Assembly: GCF_009914755.1 (NCBI RefSeq)
Contig: NC_060940.1
Origin: the human T2T-CHM13v2.0 reference genome, Homo sapiens
DNA length: 64,000 bases
Strand: one strand, 5' to 3'
The notes under the pieces were generated by a model that had not been told where the DNA came from, ran no database searches, and saw nothing but the letters and a program-made list of their open reading frames with translations. The position numbers and the translations under genes were made by a program. Shown here in pieces: positions 54,720-64,000 of the stretch (positions are counted from its first letter, which is position 1; each line of letters starts with the position of its first letter).

Positions 54720-54910
54720 GAAGAATCACAGCTTTTACTATCTACTAAGTATAAAACATGTGTGTTACACACACAAGCATGATTCCATCTCCTTCCCGTA
54801 ACAACCCATGGGTGATGGGAAACTAAAGCACACAGACTCGAAGTAACTTGCCCAGGTTCACAGTGGCAGGTGCAGAACTACAGCCCAGCACCGAATAATC
54901 AAAATGCCAG
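54720..54910 (-). mobile_element. MIR
   Basis: gatgggaaactaaagcacacag...aagtaacttgcccaggttcacag. Confidence 0.7.
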
Positions 54911-55559
54911 GCTATAAATATCCAGTTGTCATCCCACCGACATAGCACAGAGCTCTGATACATAAGATGGATATGGGTTGCTCTCCTAGAGCTGCCGATG
55001 GCATTGAGCACTTCTGAATATGTCACGGATGGCCACCAACTGGACAGCTTTCATGCTGCTGGAATTTTAAAGACAGGGCCCTGTGACAGAGAATCCGAAG
55101 AGACTGGGAACAACCACAAGCTAGAGTTGACTTCAGAAATGCTGATGTGAATTTCCGTCTTTAGAACCTCAGTCCTTGGCCAAAAATGTCCTCAATTTTT
55201 TGACTTCTTGTACAGTGGGATTTAAAGAGATTAGCAATTAAATTTTATAGGAGATTTGTGCATTATTGTTAAAATTTCATCAGAAATTGGCACCTGCCCT
55301 TTGAAATATGCACATAAACTATTCCCTGAAGTATGATTTTTCAAGAGTGTTGTTGAACAAAAATCTTTATATGTGGGAATACCTTTCTGAAATTTTAATG
55401 GCCATCAAATGGGAATATATGATTCTCTCCACAAAAATTCCATTTATACTTCTTTGTTTTTTTTCAGGATCACATTAAGTGAAATATGACCATATACAGC
55501 AAAGATGTCATGGGTAGGACCCATAAGTGTATCTGTATGCCTGTGAGGGTGTTGGGGTA

Positions 55560-55832
55560 TAAGTTTACCTTGTTTTAAAATTTTAAAATTAACTATCAGC
55601 ATATAAAATCCAGGAGATAGTACATAAAAATTCAGATCGATGGCTTCTCTTGAAAACATGGAATATTTTGAACCCTGGGTGGACATGTGACTGAAGCTTA
55701 GTGCAAGCTGGTCCTTTTTATGGGACATGTACCCTGCAGGTTACTGCCACGCCCAGCATCCTTACTCCTGTTGTGTTTCATGAATTTCTATGGCCTGCCT
55801 GTCTCCTTAGACATTTGAGTGTGTGACCTCCA
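55560..55832 (-). mobile_element. MER102-like hAT MITE
   Basis: acataaaaattcagat...ggcttctcttgaaaa...tagacatttgagtgtgtgacctc. Confidence 0.6.
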
Positions 55833-55995
55833 GTCTACATGATAGCAGGTGCCTCCATGTGTGGAAATAAGTCTTTCTTGGTTCCTTTGTTGATGTATTT
55901 AGTTTCTATTGGGGCTAAAACTTAAGGAAGAGCAATTAAAGACCTCTAAGACAGATAGGCAGTCTTCCAAAGACTTTCCAATAAAAATAAATATC

Positions 55996-56277
55996 AGCCA
56001 GGATCTGTGGCTTATGTCTGTAATCCCAGCACTTGGGAGAGCGAGGCAGGTGGATCACTTGAGCCCAGGAGTTTGAGACCAGCCTGGGTAACAAGATGAA
56101 ACCCAGTCTTTACAAAAAATGCAAAAATTAGCCGGACATAGTGGCGCACACCTGTAATCCCAGCTACCTCAGGAGGCTAAGAAGGGAGGATCATCTGAGC
56201 CTGGGAGGTCAAGGCTACAGTGAGCCATAATCACGCCACGGCACTCCACCCTGGGCAACAGAGTGAGAGACTGTTTC

Positions 56278-56300
<23 letters not shown>
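55996..56300 (+). mobile_element. AluJ
   Basis: cacttgagcccaggag, gaggtcaaggctacagtgagccat; TSD taaat.tca. Confidence 0.95.
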
Positions 56301-56308
<8 letters not shown>

Positions 56309-58539
56309 CAGAGAATGTGTTTGTCTCCTGAAGTCCCTGCACTAGTGCACACTGTACCCATTCCACCTGAATTGCCATGGCAGACCAGACCCTTGCTCAG
56401 TTTGTCATGGCCATGTTCTTTGTGCTTCCCTCATTCTTGCTTACAGTAGACAACTCCCTCCCCTCCCCTTCCTTTCCCTCCATCATCCACCTTATCCTCT
56501 TCCATCCCGGCCTCATACTTTGCCTCAGGGCAAGGTCTGTAGTGTTAAGACTGCCGATGGCCTGAGAGAAGAGGCCGATGAACCCCTGGGGCTGCTATTA
56601 GTATCGGACTTTAGACACATTACAAGTTAAATAGGCTTTTGTGGGCTGGCGGGAGATACAACCACCATGCGTGATACTGTTTCTGGGGGAATATTTCACC
56701 CAGGTTCCGAACAACAGACTTAAAATGAACTTCTGCAACATCATAGCCTATTAGTACATTGGATTCTTCCAAATTCTAGAAGATAATTGGGCTTTCTTAT
56801 TTGCAACGTGTTTTCTTAGGGCAAGATCTATATCTGTCTCTCTGTGCTACGCTGTTGAAGAGCAATAATACAGATGCATTTATGGATCTTAACAGGAGCG
56901 ATCAACTCACCAACTATAGCTAAGGGCCCACCGTGTGCAAAGTACTGGGGGAAAAATGTATAGAAAGCTGCCTTGCAGGAGTTCACAATACAGTGTGCGT
57001 GTTGGGCACGAAGGTGGAAATGGGGCAAATAGATGGATTACTGGCGATTATGAATGATATCAGAGAAGGCCACAGAGATTCAGAAAATAGCAGGACTAGA
57101 GACATTCTTATGAAGAAGATGGTTTGGAATGAAAGTGAAAAAATAGGTAATAGTTCAAGAGGCCCTTGCCATCAATGACGTGGGATTCCCCAGGCATTCC
57201 AGACACAGAACAGAGCAAAGAACAGCACAGGAGTGAGAAAGTTCAAAGGAAACTTGGGAAACAGAGGGGAGGCTGGTTTGGGTGAAATGTGACCTGTACG
57301 TAAGGGAGTGAAGGAGGATGAGGCTGGAAGAGTGAGTTGGGACTGTGTTGGAGAGGGCTCTGGGCACCTTGCGGAAGGACTGCCATGTAATTGACCCCAA
57401 GACATAGCAGGCCTGCGTGTGGACAGATTGGAGGGCAGTGAGACCAGATGTGGAAACAGCACTTAGAAGCTCCTACAATTAGCAAAAGGCAATCAGTAGC
57501 TCTATGCTGGGGGCTGGGGTGGAGGAGAGAGGCAATCGAAGTGAGAACATTGTGGTTTTGGGGAAATCTCAAGAACTCTCCCAGATCTTGGTGCTGATGA
57601 TGTCATTTATCTAACAATATTATTCTGATACAGTCACTAAACCATCCATCCATCTATCCATCCACTGAACAAGTATTTGCATACCTAGGGGCATTGTTCA
57701 TGTTATGCATTTGATTTGGAAATTTTTCTACACGTATGTAATGAGTTCAAGGTCAAAGACTGGAGAAACCAAATGTTCTAAGATGATTTGCCCAAGTAAA
57801 AATGCTCTGCATATTATAAACAATGTTTCTCAAATTGTGATCATTGGATTATTAGAATGAAGGATACTTTAAGAAAACAAAGATTCAATATTCAAAGTTT
57901 TTATGCCTCCCTTGGTAAATCCCAACACCCATGCAAATGATCAAAGGCCCTGACTAGTCCTGCAGTTAAAAACAAAAGTAAACAAAAAAACTGTTTAACC
58001 TTTCGCAGTTCACACTTTGACCAAAGGACTCTTTTACTGAATAATATCTACTAACCTTCCAAGAAACACATTATGAAAAATATTGTTACAAAGTAGTATA
58101 TAAACTTAAGGCATAGACCTTCAAGTGTAGTTACTCCTTTTAGGTTACCTCTAGCTCCAACCATTACCTGAAAGGTAAATGAAAGGGACCATAATTCAGG
58201 GTATAACCCACACAGAGATAATTTCTACCTTTTAACCATTTATTGCTGCATCACAGATTATCGACCACCTACTATGTGCCAGGCACTATGTATGGAATTC
58301 ACAGTACAGCAGTCACTAAGAGATGTTTGTCCCTGTCTGTAAAGAACTAAACTTACAGTTTAATCAGTAACACCAAATCTTCACTACAAGGTGGGACAAA
58401 TTGGCCACTCGTTCTCCTACCCTCACTTTCCCTGTGATTCTCCAACTTATATTTACCAAAGCAGTTTTATTACAGTGATATTTCAAAAGTTCTTTATTTA
58501 AAAAGGGTAATTAAGAGGTAGGATCCCACTGGGGGAAAT

Positions 58540-58802
58540 GAGAGGCCAAGATGAGAGAATTGCTTGAGCCCAGAAGTTTGAGACCAGCCTGAGCAACATA
58601 GGGAGACCCCCATCTCTACAAAAATTTAAAATAATCCACCAGGCATGGGGGCACGTGCCTATGGTCCCAGCTGCTTGGGAGGCTGAGGTGGGAAGAACTT
58701 GAGCCTGGGAGGTTGAGGCTGCAGTGAGCTGTGATTGCGCCACCGCACTTTAGACTGGGTGATAGAGTGAGATCCCGTCTGAAACAAAACAAAACAAAAC
58801 AA
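58540..58802 (+). mobile_element. AluJ, 5'-truncated
   Basis: ttgcttgagcccag...gaggttgaggctgcagtgagctgtgatt; (AAAAC)n tail. Confidence 0.92.
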
Positions 58803-59770
58803 GAGGCTGGATCCCAAACCAGTACATTCCTCTATTAGCCAGCAGAGGTGAGAACAGACTAGCTAGGAAAGGAGTTTCACAAGAACTGGCTCGAATAACC
58901 CCAGCTGGGGACAAATTTTGATTTTCCTCATCTCTGGATTCTTCTCTCTCTTTAACAAAGACCACTACCCATGATCAATTCCTGGGTGTCTAGCCCAATC
59001 CAGCATTCACAGTTCATTCCTGGGAGCCAAAGTTCCCTTTTGTAGTTCCAAATGTTTCTCTCTCAGTTTTTTATTTTATTTTTTTAAAATAATGACCGAT
59101 GTTCTAAAATCAGCTAGCAAGATAGGCAAAATAATCAGTAATTTCTAATTGTATATTTAAAATATCAATACGAAGTGGTTCTGGGCTGCAAACCAGAAGA
59201 AACAGACTTGGCTTATAAGACATTAAGAAAATTTTTAGTCTTGAGGTCTGCATGTTTTGTGAGCTTTATATAGAGGATAAAAGTGAAACTTCAGCTTTTA
59301 AGCCATGCTGTTAAAAATTATATTTACATCCAGTATAATTCTGCAACCATTAAGCCTTAAATGGGTATTAAGCCTGATTCAAAGTAATGAAACAGATGGT
59401 GGAAACACACACTATGGATTCTTCAATCTGGGGAGAAAAGGGCTGATTCATCTGTTTCAAGGGCCAGGCAAAGATAAAAGACTTCATCCCAAATGGAGCT
59501 GCTTCCTCCTCAAACCTTAGCATTCCCTCCAATGTATTTCTCCGTGTGGAAAGTATTATTAATGTCAGTATCCCCAGTGCTTGTAAAAGATTCATAGGCC
59601 ATTTCCTCCCCTTACTGAATTCCCCTGTCTGTCCCGTCACCGCCCCATGTTCGTTCATCTCACTGTTGGGCAGTTTGGTGACGCCAGTTGCAGATTCCAT
59701 CACAACCCAGCTGCCTGTCATAGGATCACAGCATTTTAGAGCTGGAAGGGGCTTAGAGATGGCATTTTCA

Positions 59771-60247
<477 letters not shown>

Positions 60248-60537
60248 TTACAGAATCCTTTATAGGGACCAGGGTGGGAAATTAGGAGAAATTCTACAAG
60301 GTGAGAATAAAAATGTTGTAGACAGTCAGCCCAAAGGTTGTGGGAGTGCTGATGAATAAAGGTAGATGGAATGGGAGGACTAGAAAACCAGTATTGGACT
60401 CATTCATTATGAAAATTAATTTCTAACTTTAGGGGGAACATGGAAAAGTCCCTGTGAGGATACCACAGTCATAAATGTCGTAGGCAAGACCGGTGCTGCC
60501 AGGGGTACTCAATTTAGCAGACGAAAGTTGAGAAGTC

Positions 60538-61625
<1,088 letters not shown>

Positions 61626-61631
61626 AAAAGA

Positions 61632-62060
<429 letters not shown>

Positions 62061-63139
62061 CTAAAAGATGGACAGAGGCCACTGGGAACTCGCTATTTCC
62101 CTTTTGGGTTAATCAGAACTTGTACGTTATTATAGCCATAACATTCACAAGTTAGATAAACTTCTGAGAATAAGCCCCAGGGCGTGGAAGGGATTAAGGA
62201 AGAGTCCGATTTCCTCATCAGTTGCAGCTGGTAGACGGTGGTACCAGGACTTCTGTTGAGTGACTTTGGGGCAGCCGCCCTACAGGCTCAACTCCCAGAA
62301 GCTACCTGGCCCGATCACCTGGAATAGGGAGTCCCCCTGTCACGGGAAAGGATGAGAAGTGGGTACCCAGGGAAGGAGTGGTGGGGGGAAGAGGACATCT
62401 TTGTTCAGGCTGTGTTTGTTCTACATAGTGTGTATATGTTTCTGACAATGAAATGTGTTCTTGGAAATGTCCCCTTCATTTATAGATGTATCACTGCAGA
62501 GTATGTGTGAGAAAAAGAAAGAGACATGTCAGAATCCCACAGACAACAGCTTAGCCCTGCCTTCCATTATATATACAAAGTGTTGTGTACGTTAGTGATA
62601 CATTTGCAGAAGGGGTGGGAATGTGGCTTTGTCCGTATTTCCAAATGTAAAACAGGTCTCCCATCCCCTCTGTTTGGTTGTGGCTGTTTCCTTACAGAAT
62701 GAAAATACTGGCATTGGAGGCACTGTTGCCAGAAACTTGCTTGGCAAAACATTTACATTCCTTTGTACATATATATAAACAAAATCACTTCTTCCAATGG
62801 ATACTTTTTCACGTCCTCCCTGATTTCTGTGGTAATAATGACCACATTTGGCTCCAAACCTGGGGATGTGGTAGAGAAAGCCACCTCTCAATTCCAGATC
62901 CTCAAATCTCGTGGAAGATTAACATGGACGTCAAACTGACGTTACCAATTTAAGGGATTTAAACACTCAGCTCTAGAGTAAACAAAATCCAGTGGCAAGG
63001 TTTTGGACAACTTCAGCGACGTTTGACAACACAACCCAGATGTTGGGGAGTGCAAACCTTGTAAACGTAGGCTTTCCACTGTGTTCTGTACAAGCAAGAT
63101 GTTGAGTGAGACAGACCGGCTAATGAAGGAAAGAAGTAC

Positions 63140-63340
63140 TGATAATTATTGAGTGACTTTTATGGGGCAGATAGTATGCTAAGTGCGCCATAGACACTGT
63201 CTCACTCACCATTTGCAATGAGGTAGCTATTATTTATTGATATGGACATGAGGCTCAGAAATCTGCAATTTGCCTCACTTGGCAAGTGACAACATCAGTA
63301 TTTGACTCATGTGAGTGTGACTTTAAAACCTTTGCTATTT
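63140..63340 (-). mobile_element. MIR
   Basis: attgagtgacttttatggggcag...atgaggtagctattat...tgaggctcagaa. Confidence 0.7.
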
Positions 63341-63565
63341 CCAGAAGTCAACACTGACTGTATGTAACATTCCTTTGCTTAAAACCTCCCAGTTTCTCTC
63401 ATTGCCACTAGATCAGTGACTGTCTCAGCTCAGCCTTTGATGCCTTGGTGGTGGCCCCTGCTGCCCCACAGAACTAAAAGCTATTTACGTAAGGCTGGGG
63501 CTCTCTTAAAAATGTGGTTCCCTCAGTCTTCCCACCTTTGCTAGCATTTACTATATGCCATATGA

Positions 63566-63695
63566 TTTTTTTTTTGAGATGGGGTCTCGCTATGTTGCCC
63601 AGGCTGGACTTGAACTGCTGAGCTCAAGCCATCCTCCCACCTGCCTCAGCCTCTCAAATAGCTGGGATCATAGGTGCGCCCCTCCGTGCCCAGCT
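63566..63695 (-). mobile_element. FLAM
   Basis: Single monomer reverse complement. Confidence 0.9.
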
Positions 63696-63856
63696 TTGGC
63701 TATGTGATTTCTTCATTCACAAGTCTGCCTGGGACTCCTTGTCCATAAGGGTGTTGATACTTTTTGAATCTAATGATACTATGTGCTTAGTGGTTAATAC
63801 CTGCTTCTTGCTGAGTGAATGAATGAGAATTAACATATATATATATAGATAGATAA

Positions 63857-64000
63857 TTTTTTTTTTTTTCTGGAGACAGGGTCTCACTCTGTCACCCAGG
63901 CTGGAGTCCAGAGGCGTGATCACAGATCACTGAAGTCTCGACCTCCTGAGCTCAAGTAATCCTCCCACCTCAGTCTTCCAAGTACCTGGGACTAAAGGCA
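63857..64000 (-). mobile_element. AluJ-like right arm, cut by the window edge
   Basis: T tail plus gagacagggtctcactctgtcacccaggctggag. Confidence 0.93.

Overview
This is primate DNA, most likely human or great ape, not prokaryotic: about 27 Alu/FLAM copies including three AluY, plus MIR, L2, L3/CR1, old L1M fragments, MaLR/ERVL solo LTRs and hAT/Tigger DNA-transposon fossils. I found no supportable protein-coding exon, RNA gene or CRISPR array. The ORF track is mostly Alu-derived, antisense shadows of retroelement fossils, or chance ORFs. The window is intergenic or deep intronic, and I could not name the locus. I cannot support a new multi-gene biological system here. The best observations are: (1) a ~254 bp, ~94-95% identical local copy inserted into a (TA)n tract at an Alu tail, beside signs of an old deletion (36.5-38.5 kb); (2) a candidate 202 nt non-coding exon on the minus strand with textbook splice signals (17.9-18.1 kb); (3) two Alu-free, CpG-retaining intervals with promoter/enhancer-like motif clusters, including a 61 bp perfect purine-pyrimidine alternation at 47.0 kb; (4) readable fossils of rare ancient elements (RTE-clade reverse transcriptase, Tigger DDE transposase). 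Subfamily names come from recalled consensus sequences, and boundaries of old elements are approximate. RepeatMasker/Dfam and BLAT would settle both.
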